This document shows positions 51,441-61,345 of a stretch of 64,000 nucleotides of DNA, one piece after another (the first letter of the stretch is position 1; the number at the start of each line of letters is the position of its first letter). The notes beneath the pieces were generated by a model that had not been told where the DNA came from, searched no databases, and saw only the letters and a list, made by a program, of their open reading frames with translations. Position numbers and translations under genes: made by a program. Origin of the DNA: a virus. The stretch covers positions 24,650-88,649 of IMG/VR virus record IMGVR_UViG_3300034198_024209; one strand, written 5' to 3'.

Positions 51441-53174
51441 ATGAATATTGATATTATAGGTGGAAAGATCAATGGAACAAATAATGGATTCATGAATCCA
51501 TGGATTGACTTAGCGTCTAGTTACGCACCTAGAACAATTGTTAGCGCCCTTGAGCTATGTGAGTTTTTATACGTTAATGACTCAACATATAGAAAAGCCA
51601 GTGAAAGAATCGTTAATTATTTTTTAACTGATTTAAAGTTCATGGGGCAAGCAGACGAAGAAAGAAAAAAATTTGAAAAATTAATTAAAAACGACTTTGA
51701 TTTGTCCGGATCATTACAGGCAGTTGGGAATGATTTTATGTGCTATGGAAATTCGTTTGCCACAATATCATTACCATTTACTCGTGTCCTCGTTTGCCAG
51801 AAATGCAAGAGAGAAGTAAATATAGATCATGTAGATTTTTCATACAACTCCGAGGATGGTTCATTTACGACATTCTGTGGCAAATGCTCCTCAGACACAA
51901 AACATTTTGCAAGGGATTACAAAAAGAAGGATAGCAAGGGGATTAAGTTAGTTAGATGGAATCCAAAGCATATTACCATAAAAGCTAATAGGCTTACGCA
52001 TCATATTGAATATTACACCGAGATACCAAATGAAATTAAAACTGGGGTATTAAACCAGGATAAATTTTACCTAAAAAGCACTCCATTGCCGTTCCTGCAG
52101 GCAATCAAAAATCAATCACAGTTTAAGTTTAAATCCAACCACGTGCATCATTTGAGGGAGCCATATTTGGCTGGCTTATGGCTTGGCGGATGGGGCCTTC
52201 CAGCAATATTGTCGTCTTTTAAAAACTTCTTCAGGCTTCAGGTATTAAGAAGATACAACGAAGTGCTAATGATGGATTACATTGTTCCACTTAGAATAAT
52301 TAGCCCGTCTCAGGGAAACTACGCAGAGGGAAATTCCATCTATAATAATCTTATGAGAAATTGGGTCTCTGAGATGCAGGATGCAGTTGTAAGGCACAGA
52401 CAGGATGGAACAGATTGGAACTTTTTTCCATTCCCAGTTACATACCAAGCAGTAGGTGGAGAAGGAAGGCAGCTTACCCCAGTAGACCTAATTAAAGACG
52501 AAGAAGATAGAATGTTAAATGGCAGGGGTATACCTCCAGAATTATATAGAAGCACAATGACTCTTCAAGCGGCTCCTATTAGTTTGCGCGTATTTGAGAG
52601 AGGTTGGTCTAGTTTAGTTAGGGGTTTCAATCTTCTTGCTCAGGATTGTGTCTCAAAGGTTTCATCGTATATGGGTAGTGGAGACTATGAGTGTGAACTC
52701 GAATCCGTAAGAATAATTGATGACATTGAGAACAAAGCATGGAGATTGCAAGCTATGTCTGCAAATTTCCTTAGCAAGGAAACAGCAATGGCACCAATGG
52801 GAATCTCTGATCCAGCTGAAGAACATAAAAAAATACTTGAGGAACAAAGAAAAGAAGAAGAACAGTCCAGAAAAATGCAGGAGGAGATGCAAATGGCTCA
52901 AATGGGTCTCATTAACGAAGAGGACCCGTCCTCTGGAGATTCTGGAGGTGGAGCTACGCCAGGAGACATAAATCAGGAAGCCGATGAAATGGCTAAGCAA
53001 TTACTGCAAATGCCTGAGACCGAAAGAAAGAGGCAGCTTACATCCATAAGAAATAATAATGATACCCTTCACGCTTTGGTCTTGAAAAAAATGGATCAAT
53101 ACAGAAATCAAGCGAGGTCGGTTGGAATGGACCAAGCATTACCTCAAATTGTGCAAAATCAGCAAGGACAATAA
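51441..53174 (+). CDS. putative portal protein with zinc-ribbon insertion
   Basis: 577 aa; DFMCYGNSF, HHLRE..WG.P, GIPPEL and a coiled-coil/acidic tail resemble portal architecture; CQKC..CGKC insert; heads the virion-protein cluster. Confidence 0.55.
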   Translation: MNIDIIGGKINGTNNGFMNPWIDLASSYAPRTIVSALELCEFLYVNDSTYRKASERIVNYFLTDLKFMGQADEERKKFEKLIKNDFDLSGSLQAVGNDFMCYGNSFATISLPFTRVLVCQKCKREVNIDHVDFSYNSEDGSFTTFCGKCSSDTKHFARDYKKKDSKGIKLVRWNPKHITIKANRLTHHIEYYTEIPNEIKTGVLNQDKFYLKSTPLPFLQAIKNQSQFKFKSNHVHHLREPYLAGLWLGGWGLPAILSSFKNFFRLQVLRRYNEVLMMDYIVPLRIISPSQGNYAEGNSIYNNLMRNWVSEMQDAVVRHRQDGTDWNFFPFPVTYQAVGGEGRQLTPVDLIKDEEDRMLNGRGIPPELYRSTMTLQAAPISLRVFERGWSSLVRGFNLLAQDCVSKVSSYMGSGDYECELESVRIIDDIENKAWRLQAMSANFLSKETAMAPMGISDPAEEHKKILEEQRKEEEQSRKMQEEMQMAQMGLINEEDPSSGDSGGGATPGDINQEADEMAKQLLQMPETERKRQLTSIRNNNDTLHALVLKKMDQYRNQARSVGMDQALPQIVQNQQGQ

Positions 53175-53217
53175 ATTTTTATAGAAACAATAATAAAAAT
53201 AGTGCATTATATATCTT

Positions 53218-53904
53218 ATGACTTTTAGTATTACTCCAGAATTTACCGATAAAGTTTTTATTAAGTTAGGAAAACTAGCCAAAGAAGATTTAAATTTTGA
53301 ATCAAATGATTCGCAAGTGCAACTTTGTAGGGGCTTTGTAGATTATCTACACAAAGAAGCAAATGTCTCGTCCGAAATGGCACTTGGAATAATAGAGTCA
53401 TTTTGCGACAAGGGTGCAGAGTGGCTTTCAGAAAATTATGTAATGCCCAAAAAAGACGCAGAAGAAGGCGTAATGGATAGCATTGGAAAAGCTAAAGACA
53501 GACTAGTTCAAGGGGTGGTAGATAAAACTTCGCCACTTTGGAGGCCATTTGTCGAGCCCAAGATGAGATCTTCCATGAATGATATAGCTAACGAAAAGAT
53601 ACAGCAAATTTTGGGTGGGGCCAAGCAATACGGAGATAAAGCGTGGTCTTACCTAAAGAGCCCAGAGTTCTTAACTAATGTTGCTCCAATGTTGGCTGGT
53701 GGATTGATAGGTGCTTTTGCTCCAAAAGTATTTGGCGGTGGAGCTGTCGCGTCTGGAGTTGGAGCAGCTGGTGGTGCCTTATTAGGTAGATATGTATCAG
53801 ACAATAAAGATTCTATAACAAACTCAGGTAAGGCAACTCTTGATTACTTGAGAAAACAAGTTGCGGATACATTCAAGAGCACACCAGTAAATAGACAGCA
53901 ATAG
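53218..53904 (+). CDS. Gly-rich putative virion-internal protein
   Basis: KLA and KEA motifs near the N-terminus; GxxxG-rich hydrophobic segment. Confidence 0.55.
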   Translation: MTFSITPEFTDKVFIKLGKLAKEDLNFESNDSQVQLCRGFVDYLHKEANVSSEMALGIIESFCDKGAEWLSENYVMPKKDAEEGVMDSIGKAKDRLVQGVVDKTSPLWRPFVEPKMRSSMNDIANEKIQQILGGAKQYGDKAWSYLKSPEFLTNVAPMLAGGLIGAFAPKVFGGGAVASGVGAAGGALLGRYVSDNKDSITNSGKATLDYLRKQVADTFKSTPVNRQQ

Positions 53905-53913
53905 AGTATTTAT

Positions 53914-55383
53914 ATGTCTCAGTTGATAGACGACAAAGAAATAAAATCTCTACTATCTCCAGTAGAGTTTGGTTCTTTTATGTTGTCCCCTGGAGAAAGT
54001 TCTAGAAGTGTATATAGCGGTATACCTTCTCACGATAAGTCAAAGATGTGGGACTTCTCGATCACTGAAGACGGCAGCGGCAACAGATTATTGTCTTTCT
54101 TGGTAAACAATAGAGCGGTTAATTTTCGCTTAGCAGAACCAGAGAAATTAGGTGGATCAATATCAGCAACAAGATTGCCAGATACAGAATCCGGGGACTT
54201 TGGTGTCGGTGGAAACTCATTTAAAGGACGAGCTCAGATACACAAGTCTTCTCCCTCAAAAGTTGTAGGAACTTTCCAAACTGGAAAGAACAATATGACT
54301 TTTGAACTTTCAAAGTCTTCCGAAAATGGGGATAGTTGGACTGTGCACCCTCGTAAACATCCTGACGCCAATATTAAAACATTTGTTAATACTATTCTAG
54401 AGAAAAATTTAAATAAATCCGTAAGTTTAAGAAAAAAAGCTTCTTATGATCTAAATAGAGTTTTAAAAGAGATTAAAATGGTTTCTCAAAAAACTAATCC
54501 AAATAATCCATTTGATACATCCTCGGTACTAGAAAAGTTAAAGCGCACAAAAATTCCAAGCATAGACACTATAACTTATCCATTGACTGGAGGCGTTAAA
54601 GCTCTGCCAGTTGCAGCCGGAATAGGTGCTGCTGTAATGGGGTTAAAAAATTTGGGACAAAAAGCTCTTGGTAAAGATTCTCCATCTATGGTTAGAGATT
54701 TATTAACCGGAGCTGCATTAGGTGGTGGCGGATCAGCTTTGTTTCAATTTCTTGGTTCTCCCAATAGTCCAATAATGACTAAATTAGATAAACAATTGAT
54801 GTCACAAAATATGGACGTCAATAAACCAATGGTGTTTCAGGAAAAATTATTTAAAGCTCCTAATTATCTAGAGATGCTAAGCAACAAAAATGCGGCCAAA
54901 CAAAAAATAGATGATAAAGTTGCGGTAATAAAAAAAGAAGACGGAGAATATATACTGTACACAAAAGACGGTAAAAAAGTTCTGGGTAGGCATTCAACCA
55001 GACAAAAGGCGATAAAGCAGGAGTATGCAATCCAAAAAAGCCAAGAAAGGAACAAGCTTGCTTTCGGTACAGGTAATCAGGTCGTTGACTTAATAGCTCT
55101 TCAAAGTATTCTAGGTGCAGATCCAAGCTTAACCCAGGGGGACAGGAACGTATTAATACAACAAGCTAGAAGAGCTATGCAATCTTCTGGAGGAAGAGCC
55201 TCAGTTGGATCTTTACAGAGTATGGGGTTGGGTATGCTTGCTGGATATATAATGTCAAAGGTTATGGGTTTCGGTGGCATGGGCACTATTGTATCTAGTG
55301 CAATCGGTGGCGCAATAGGAAGCACATTTGGTGGTAGAAAAAATGGACCACAATTTAACTCAAAAGGTTATTATACTTATTAA
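53914..55383 (+). CDS. multi-module putative virion-internal protein
   Basis: Segments separated by KKA, KNA, KVA and KLA; includes the module IKKEDGEYILYTKDGKKVLGRHSTRQKAIKQEYAI and glycine-zipper segments. Confidence 0.55.
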   Translation: MSQLIDDKEIKSLLSPVEFGSFMLSPGESSRSVYSGIPSHDKSKMWDFSITEDGSGNRLLSFLVNNRAVNFRLAEPEKLGGSISATRLPDTESGDFGVGGNSFKGRAQIHKSSPSKVVGTFQTGKNNMTFELSKSSENGDSWTVHPRKHPDANIKTFVNTILEKNLNKSVSLRKKASYDLNRVLKEIKMVSQKTNPNNPFDTSSVLEKLKRTKIPSIDTITYPLTGGVKALPVAAGIGAAVMGLKNLGQKALGKDSPSMVRDLLTGAALGGGGSALFQFLGSPNSPIMTKLDKQLMSQNMDVNKPMVFQEKLFKAPNYLEMLSNKNAAKQKIDDKVAVIKKEDGEYILYTKDGKKVLGRHSTRQKAIKQEYAIQKSQERNKLAFGTGNQVVDLIALQSILGADPSLTQGDRNVLIQQARRAMQSSGGRASVGSLQSMGLGMLAGYIMSKVMGFGGMGTIVSSAIGGAIGSTFGGRKNGPQFNSKGYYTY

Positions 55384-55387
55384 ATAT

Positions 55388-55771
55388 ATGAATAAAATTG
55401 CCAAACAAATTATAGAAGAAGATAACAAGACTCAATGCTATAGATCAATTAAATTAGGTTTTTGTAAAATATTGAGTGAAAAAGGTTTCACTCCAAAAGA
55501 AGCAAATAAAATGCTGTCCAAAGTGGCCTTAGACCCAGTTGGTCTAGCCAAGGAATATGCACTGCTTTTAACTGGTGCTGGCGCTTTAACTGGCGTTGGG
55601 ACTGCAATGCTTAGAGATAAAATGGAAAAAGCTGTGAAAGGTACCGAGACTCAGGACATAAAAGCTACAAAAGCCAAAGTTGATGCGTATAAAAAAATGA
55701 TACAGAACTTTAGAGATGAAAAAAACTTGAATACGCAAAAAGAAGAGTTAGATACTAGTGGTTTAATCTAA
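55388..55771 (+). CDS. putative virion-internal protein
   Basis: ATG 55388 after the previous stop; KIA, KEA and KVA motifs, then a Gly-rich helix. Confidence 0.55.
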   Translation: MNKIAKQIIEEDNKTQCYRSIKLGFCKILSEKGFTPKEANKMLSKVALDPVGLAKEYALLLTGAGALTGVGTAMLRDKMEKAVKGTETQDIKATKAKVDAYKKMIQNFRDEKNLNTQKEELDTSGLI

Positions 55772-55773
55772 GT

Positions 55774-56268
55774 ATGAGCAAAATAACAAACAATAAGAAG
55801 ACACAAGACCCAGTAGACGAAATAGACGAAAAAGATTTTCCAGAAGAAATTAGAGAGGCGCTAACAGTAATTGTTGGAAATAGGCCAAAGTCATTTGATG
55901 AAGAATTCACGCCAAATCCACAAGCTGCTCCGAACTTTAAGGGAGCTGCGTTTGCTGGCAAAAGCTCTCAAGAGGAATTCGTCAAAAAAAAGGACCCTAT
56001 TGAGAAATTTGTCAAATTCACAAATAACCAGATTTTTTTATTAGATATAACTCAAAAATCAGACCTAGAGAAATACGAACAAATATTAGATCTAGTTTTC
56101 GATCCAGAGAGTGGAGTCCAGTTAGTGGAACCGATTAAAGAGCCGCATTATTTATTGGATCAATCAGCCTCTCAGGGCTTCAGAGCTTTAATAACTATAA
56201 AAACAACTAAACCGATAGAGTGCTACAAAAAGAGTGGCACCGGATATACTGTTGTTAAAAAGAAATAA
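55774..56268 (+). CDS. hypothetical protein
   Basis: ORF in the cluster. Confidence 0.6.
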   Translation: MSKITNNKKTQDPVDEIDEKDFPEEIREALTVIVGNRPKSFDEEFTPNPQAAPNFKGAAFAGKSSQEEFVKKKDPIEKFVKFTNNQIFLLDITQKSDLEKYEQILDLVFDPESGVQLVEPIKEPHYLLDQSASQGFRALITIKTTKPIECYKKSGTGYTVVKKK

Positions 56269-56273
56269 CTTTA

Positions 56274-56302
56274 TTGAAATGAACAAAGTTTAAATATAAA
56301 AT
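56274..56302 (+). promoter_or_regulatory. putative sigma70-type promoter
   Basis: TTGAAA-N17-TAAAAT upstream of ATG 56315. Confidence 0.35.
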
Positions 56303-56314
56303 ATACTTTAAATT

Positions 56315-57346
56315 ATGAGAAAAGAAGCAGCACCAGTACCGGGATTAACATTAGATATGTTAAAAGATAGTTTATCTAGACACGCATTGCCAGCAGCAGG
56401 AATTGGTGCTGGATTGGCTGGAGTGGCGCATATCCTTGCACTAAAAAAAAGACAAGAGGAAGCAAATAAAAAGAAGCAAGACGCAGACACCATCGTGATA
56501 GAGGTTCCATCCAAAACGGCTACTCCAGAGTTTGGACAATATTTCTGGGACGCTCCACTCGCTGTAGGTTCTGCGTTAGCTGGTGGTGGTGCTGGATACG
56601 CAATCGTAAATAATATATTAAAGAAACAAAGGCAGAAACAGTTAGACAACGAACTTGAATCACTCAAAAAACAATATGCTGACTACATGTCCCAGCAAAT
56701 GTCTGTCGATTCAAAGACAGCAGAGTATCCAGTGTTAGATGGTTTGATTTTATCTATCGCTGATAAAGTTCATGATACGCCTCCAGAAGATTACAGAAAA
56801 AGCGCTGCACAAAATTTAATAAAAAAAGCTAGCCCCGCAGATCCGGTAGGAAGAGAAACACTTGGAACAATGTTAACGAGTTTGCCTGGAGTCGCTGCGT
56901 TACTAGCTGGAATAGGGGCTCATAGCTATTATTACAATAGACAGAAAAACATAGATAGAGCTATCGAAAAAGAGGAGGCATCTGAAATGAAGAGTGCTCC
57001 AAAGTTTATAAAAATAGTCTCTAAGCCAGTGCAGCAAGAACCTGAACAAGAGTTATTAACAAAAGGAGCTTCAACGTCAATTTTAGATACAATTGATAAA
57101 GTTGTTAACCCTGAGTCTAATTTGAGTAGCCATGATCAAAATCCACAGGAAAAGGCTAGAGAAAGCAGAAGAGGTAACCCAGTAGTGTCAAACGAAGATA
57201 TTCAAAAAATTGATGATAACACCATGTTTATGACTACTGACTCTGGCAATATTCAATTAGATGCGCTCGATCCAGAAGCTCTAGCAAAACTTGAAAAATA
57301 CAAAAAAAGAATACTTGAGAGTTTTGCAGTAGGTTTTAATTCTTAA
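56315..57346 (+). CDS. putative virion-internal protein with three Gly-rich hydrophobic repeats
   Basis: KEA, KTA and KKA each precede a GxxxG hydrophobic helix followed by a basic coil. Confidence 0.6.
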   Translation: MRKEAAPVPGLTLDMLKDSLSRHALPAAGIGAGLAGVAHILALKKRQEEANKKKQDADTIVIEVPSKTATPEFGQYFWDAPLAVGSALAGGGAGYAIVNNILKKQRQKQLDNELESLKKQYADYMSQQMSVDSKTAEYPVLDGLILSIADKVHDTPPEDYRKSAAQNLIKKASPADPVGRETLGTMLTSLPGVAALLAGIGAHSYYYNRQKNIDRAIEKEEASEMKSAPKFIKIVSKPVQQEPEQELLTKGASTSILDTIDKVVNPESNLSSHDQNPQEKARESRRGNPVVSNEDIQKIDDNTMFMTTDSGNIQLDALDPEALAKLEKYKKRILESFAVGFNS

Positions 57347-57356
57347 TATTAATTAA

Positions 57357-58808
57357 ATGGTAATACAAGAACCCAAAGGAATAAAACTTAGGGGATTCGA
57401 TAATCCATCCTCCCTTAGACAAGATATCTTGGATAGGGTCTTATCTGCTTATCAAAATAGGTTTCCATTAGAGAATGACAAAGTAAGAATAGAGGCATCT
57501 GATATAAGGTATGAACTAAAGAAGCCCTTTTCATTGTCTGATGAAAAAAGGGCGTTATTGATGGGGGACAAACTATCTGTTCCTCTTTACGGTAAGGTAT
57601 CGCTGATAGATAAAAAAAATAATGAAGTATTAGACCAATTTAATGGGGTGCTTACGAGAGTTCCATGGATGACACACAGAGGGACGTTCATAAATGGAGG
57701 CAGTGAATATAGCTTGGTTGCGGGTCAACAAAGACTTAAGCCTGGAGTATACGCTAGAAGGAAAGATAATGGAGAACTAGAAAGTCACGTAAATACTGTA
57801 GCTGGTACTGGATCTGGCATGAGAATATTCATGGAACCAGAAACAGGCGTATATAGAGTTATGATAGGCAAAAGCAGGATCAAGCTCTATCCAGTCTTAA
57901 AAGGAATGGGAATAGATGACGACCAAATAATGAAATATTGGGGTCCTGAAATTCTGGATGTAAATAAGGGGCAAGATGATGATAGGTCTTTCTATAAGTT
58001 TTATGACAAGCTAATGGGCAGAAAAGCAAATCCAGATGCAGACGATAAAGCAAAATTAAAGGACCTTATTTCAGAGTTAAATAAATCAGAGATAGATCCG
58101 GAGGTTGGACAAAGAACTCTTGGCACTAGTGACAAAAATCTTTCTCCAATGATGATGCTCAGGGCTAGTCAAAAACTACTCAATATTCAAAAAGGCTTAG
58201 AAGATGAGGACGATAGAGATAGTATGGCAAACAAAAATTTTGTTGGGCCAGAAGATCTTTTTTCCGAGAGAGTGTCCAAAGACACAGGAAAGTTAGCGTC
58301 TACGTTATTATATAAATCTACATACAACAGAACTCTCAAGGGGTTGCGTGCTGGATATTTTTCTCCACAACTTGAAGGACTTATTGTCGGAAATAGTCTA
58401 AGCAATCACATCGCGGGAATTAATCCTCTTGAGATATATGATTACCAAAAGAGAGTTGTCCAAACAGGAGAAGGAGCTATTACATCTTCCGACGCAATAC
58501 CTATATCGAGTAGAAATGTTTCACCGAGTCAGGTAATGGTTATAGATCCGATAAGAAGCTCTGAATCCAAAAATATTGGCGTTGATCAACGCTTTTCTAT
58601 GGTAGCAAGAAAAGGCAATGACGGTAATATATATTTCCCAGTACAAAATGTAAAAACTGGAAAAAAAGAATATATTAATGCAATTAAGATGAGCCAGTCA
58701 GTTGTTGCTTTTCCTGAAGCTAGAAAACTTTTTACGCAGCCACCTCAGTCAAATATTGTTCAACAGCAGGCAGCTACTGACGCTACCCAATATTTGAACT
58801 TTAAATAA
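57357..58808 (+). CDS. multisubunit RNA polymerase beta subunit, N-terminal fragment (split gene)
   Basis: VPWMTHRGTFINGGSEY, DDRDSMANK, INPLEI, GEG and RNVSPSQ...IDPIRSSES.NIGV match RpoB N-half motifs; the C-terminal half is absent. Confidence 0.85.
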   Translation: MVIQEPKGIKLRGFDNPSSLRQDILDRVLSAYQNRFPLENDKVRIEASDIRYELKKPFSLSDEKRALLMGDKLSVPLYGKVSLIDKKNNEVLDQFNGVLTRVPWMTHRGTFINGGSEYSLVAGQQRLKPGVYARRKDNGELESHVNTVAGTGSGMRIFMEPETGVYRVMIGKSRIKLYPVLKGMGIDDDQIMKYWGPEILDVNKGQDDDRSFYKFYDKLMGRKANPDADDKAKLKDLISELNKSEIDPEVGQRTLGTSDKNLSPMMMLRASQKLLNIQKGLEDEDDRDSMANKNFVGPEDLFSERVSKDTGKLASTLLYKSTYNRTLKGLRAGYFSPQLEGLIVGNSLSNHIAGINPLEIYDYQKRVVQTGEGAITSSDAIPISSRNVSPSQVMVIDPIRSSESKNIGVDQRFSMVARKGNDGNIYFPVQNVKTGKKEYINAIKMSQSVVAFPEARKLFTQPPQSNIVQQQAATDATQYLNFK

Positions 58809-59811
58809 GTTGTCCTACACGCCTGTAGCAACTTTCGTCATCGTAGAAACAGTAGTGTTTTGTATACCAATATAAAAACTGCTGCTGTTTAAATTTGTTA
58901 AACCAAGTGTCTATATTTATGGCTCTTATTATGTCTGCAAGATGTAATAGTCTATATGTAACCCAATGATATTCTGGATTCCCCCAAGAAACGATTGGTT
59001 TATTGTGCATCATTGCTTCAAACCCTGCTCCAGTATTTGCTAAGAATACGCACCTTGCCTTAGGTAAAAAATCATGAATACTTAAATTACCTGTATATAC
59101 CTTTACCAAAGGAGATAATTTTTCTAGCTCATTTTTTATATATTCTCCAAATCCTCCAGTCATAGGTTCATCAGATCCATTAACATATGGATGAAGTTTC
59201 ACTATGATGTCTCTACTTGGATCTACTCTAGCTAATTCACGAACAACGTTCTCTACTTTTTCTTTGTATGACCCAAAGTCGTGTCTTTTTACGACTTCAT
59301 CTCCGTAGCATTGGCCAGCTATTAAATAGTAATCATCTTCTTCTATTGTTTGCTCTACTGGGTTAAATAATTTATACCATTTATTTGGCCTTAAATTTAT
59401 CCATCTCTTTACTTCGGTAGAGTAAAAATTATTTACCTCTTCTTCGTTAAAAATATCAAAAGCTGGTTTTTCGTAGGTGATAGATGAGTATGGCCCATAT
59501 CCAAGTGGATCTAATGTTGTGTATCCCCTCTCTGGAACAGTAGGTTTAAAAAATAAATTTTTCTTAGCTTTCACTACGTCTCCAACTATTTGAGATATGT
59601 CTGTGTGGTTGTATATACAGATATCTATGTCGTGTCCATGTATGTCAAACCTATACTGTCCAACTCCATCGAACCCACTGTATTTAAATTTATTGTGCGT
59701 AAGCACATTGAACCCATGATTAAAGAAAGCTTTTACCATGTTTACGACTGGAATAGACCAGTCCACTTTCATGTCACTATATTTATACGGCCAAAATAAT
59801 ACGTTCTTCAT
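58801..59811 (-). CDS. capsule-biosynthesis (KpsS/KpsC-like) glycosyltransferase-like protein
   Basis: GQ...D, IIVKLHP and NTGAGFEAMMHNKPIVSWG.P.Y. Confidence 0.7.
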   Translation of the reverse strand: MKNVLFWPYKYSDMKVDWSIPVVNMVKAFFNHGFNVLTHNKFKYSGFDGVGQYRFDIHGHDIDICIYNHTDISQIVGDVVKAKKNLFFKPTVPERGYTTLDPLGYGPYSSITYEKPAFDIFNEEEVNNFYSTEVKRWINLRPNKWYKLFNPVEQTIEEDDYYLIAGQCYGDEVVKRHDFGSYKEKVENVVRELARVDPSRDIIVKLHPYVNGSDEPMTGGFGEYIKNELEKLSPLVKVYTGNLSIHDFLPKARCVFLANTGAGFEAMMHNKPIVSWGNPEYHWVTYRLLHLADIIRAINIDTWFNKFKQQQFLYWYTKHYCFYDDESCYRRVGQLI

Positions 59812-59827
59812 TTTGATTGTTGTTGTG

Positions 59828-59900
59828 CTGCCCCCCTAGGACTCGAACCTAGAAAATACCGGTTCAAAGCCGGTTGGGTCTACCATTCCCCCAGGGGGCA
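59828..59900 (-). tRNA. tRNA-Gln (TTG)
   Basis: Reverse complement: acceptor TGCCCCC/GGGGGCA, anticodon arm ACCGG-CTTTGAA-CCGGT, T arm CTAGG-TTCGAGT-CCTAG. Confidence 0.93.
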
Positions 59901-59916
59901 CTGGTGGTGATAAGAG

Positions 59917-59944
59917 ACCATATCAGTTATGTAGAAAAAGTCAA
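59917..59944 (-). promoter_or_regulatory. putative promoter for tRNA-Gln and the glycosyltransferase
   Basis: Minus strand TTGACT-N16-TATGGT with a TGn extension. Confidence 0.45.
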
Positions 59945-60120
59945 TAGGGTCTCCAAAAAATAGGTGTTTTTAGCCATAATACATTGATAGGAAATATTCT
60001 AGGATACAAACCTATCGGATCCCTAAAAAGATTTAAAAAAGTGTCCCAAAAATAATAGCTGGCGCTAACAAAGAATCAGCCAGTGGCAAAACTCGATTCT
60101 TTTTTTACATACAACCCAAA

Positions 60121-60498
60121 ATGAAAAGAACAATAAAAAAACTAGCAAAATACACAACCAAAGTAATTGTTATTAACACGTTAATTACGTTGGTAGCAGT
60201 ATCGGCTGTACTGTATACGTACAGCATTCACGAAGAGCAAAAAAACAAGGAGTTATCAGTAAGGTTTTCTGAGGCTCTTATCGTAGCAAAGACAGATCCG
60301 AGTCTTCCAATCTCTGGTATGGACCAATTTAATCCAGATCAAAAGTTGGCAATACAAACAGTAAAACAAACCGCAAGTGAGCAATCGTCAACGGTAAGGA
60401 AACTTAAAAGTATGTATGTATACTGCAAACAAAAAGCGGTAGATATATATGAAGAAGTTAAAAACTACTTAGATGAAAAAACTAAAAGCAATTCTTGA
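60121..60498 (+). CDS. single-TM hypothetical protein
   Basis: N-terminal hydrophobic helix. Confidence 0.6.
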   Translation: MKRTIKKLAKYTTKVIVINTLITLVAVSAVLYTYSIHEEQKNKELSVRFSEALIVAKTDPSLPISGMDQFNPDQKLAIQTVKQTASEQSSTVRKLKSMYVYCKQKAVDIYEEVKNYLDEKTKSNS

Positions 60499-60635
60499 TA
60501 CGGCTCTACATTTGATGTTCCCATACAGGGAACCCTCTCATAGGGGGTTGTCTCTGTATACATTCAACACCGAAACATGGATTGATCAAATTACCAGAAA
60601 CGGTAATCTTGAGAAATACATAACAAACAAATGAA

Positions 60636-60839
60636 ATGAGCTTACCCCATCAACATTCCGTCGTGGACGCCATCACTAATGAGTTTGGCCATGAAACAGT
60701 TAGGAGATTGGTTCTCTGTTTAAAGGAGAACCATTCTGCGAAGTTCTATGGAGATGAGTCGATATACGACTTTATCTCTGGATATTGTGTCTCCGCCTTC
60801 GCAGATCTCTGTGAAGAGTATGGAGTCCAGATAAAGTAA
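60636..60839 (+). CDS. hypothetical protein
   Basis: Short ORF with an A-rich leader. Confidence 0.55.
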   Translation: MSLPHQHSVVDAITNEFGHETVRRLVLCLKENHSAKFYGDESIYDFISGYCVSAFADLCEEYGVQIK

Positions 60840-60846
60840 ATAATAT

Positions 60847-60891
60847 CTCATCCTCCCATCTTTATAAAAAAAAGATGGGAGGTGAGTTTTT
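60847..60891 (+). terminator. intrinsic terminator
   Basis: CTCA-T-CCTCCCATCTTT...AAAGATGGGAGG-TGAG followed by TTTTT. Confidence 0.65.
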
Positions 60892-60913
60892 AGGAGCAAA
60901 ACAACAAAACAAA

Positions 60914-61345
60914 ATGACAACAAAAGAAAAAATAAGATCAGTATTGATGCACACAGTAGTGCTTATTCCATATGCAAGCCTAACAATAATTGCTGGATAT
61001 GTGTTAAATTTATGCAGCATTTATTTTAACATAGGAACAAAGGTTGGAATTATGTCTACTGTGTCAGGCATGATTATAGGAATCCTTATACCTATAGCAA
61101 TAGTTACGCTTAAACCAGAGCTTGGCAAAAAATATATGATGCCAAAGTTCTTCATAGTGGAATTTAGAAAACTGGTATATTTACAGATACCAGCAATTAT
61201 TATGTGGGGTATAATAATCTCATTTGCAAATACAACAGCATTTGCAATTTATATGACACTTAACGTATTCCTGCTGTCATCAATCTGGGCGGCTATGGAG
61301 CTGCTATGCGATATAAACGAAGATGAAGAAAATGAAACTATTTGA
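60914..61345 (+). CDS. four-TM membrane protein
   Basis: Four hydrophobic segments; the ATG at 60875 is inside the hairpin, so 60914 is preferred. Confidence 0.65.
   Translation: MTTKEKIRSVLMHTVVLIPYASLTIIAGYVLNLCSIYFNIGTKVGIMSTVSGMIIGILIPIAIVTLKPELGKKYMMPKFFIVEFRKLVYLQIPAIIMWGIIISFANTTAFAIYMTLNVFLLSSIWAAMELLCDINEDEENETI

Noticed and set aside
57357-58808. Host rpoB or a frameshifted pseudogene
   Set aside because: The motifs are diverged, no rpoB continuation was seen downstream (that region encodes a minus-strand gene), and there is no rpl/rpoC context.
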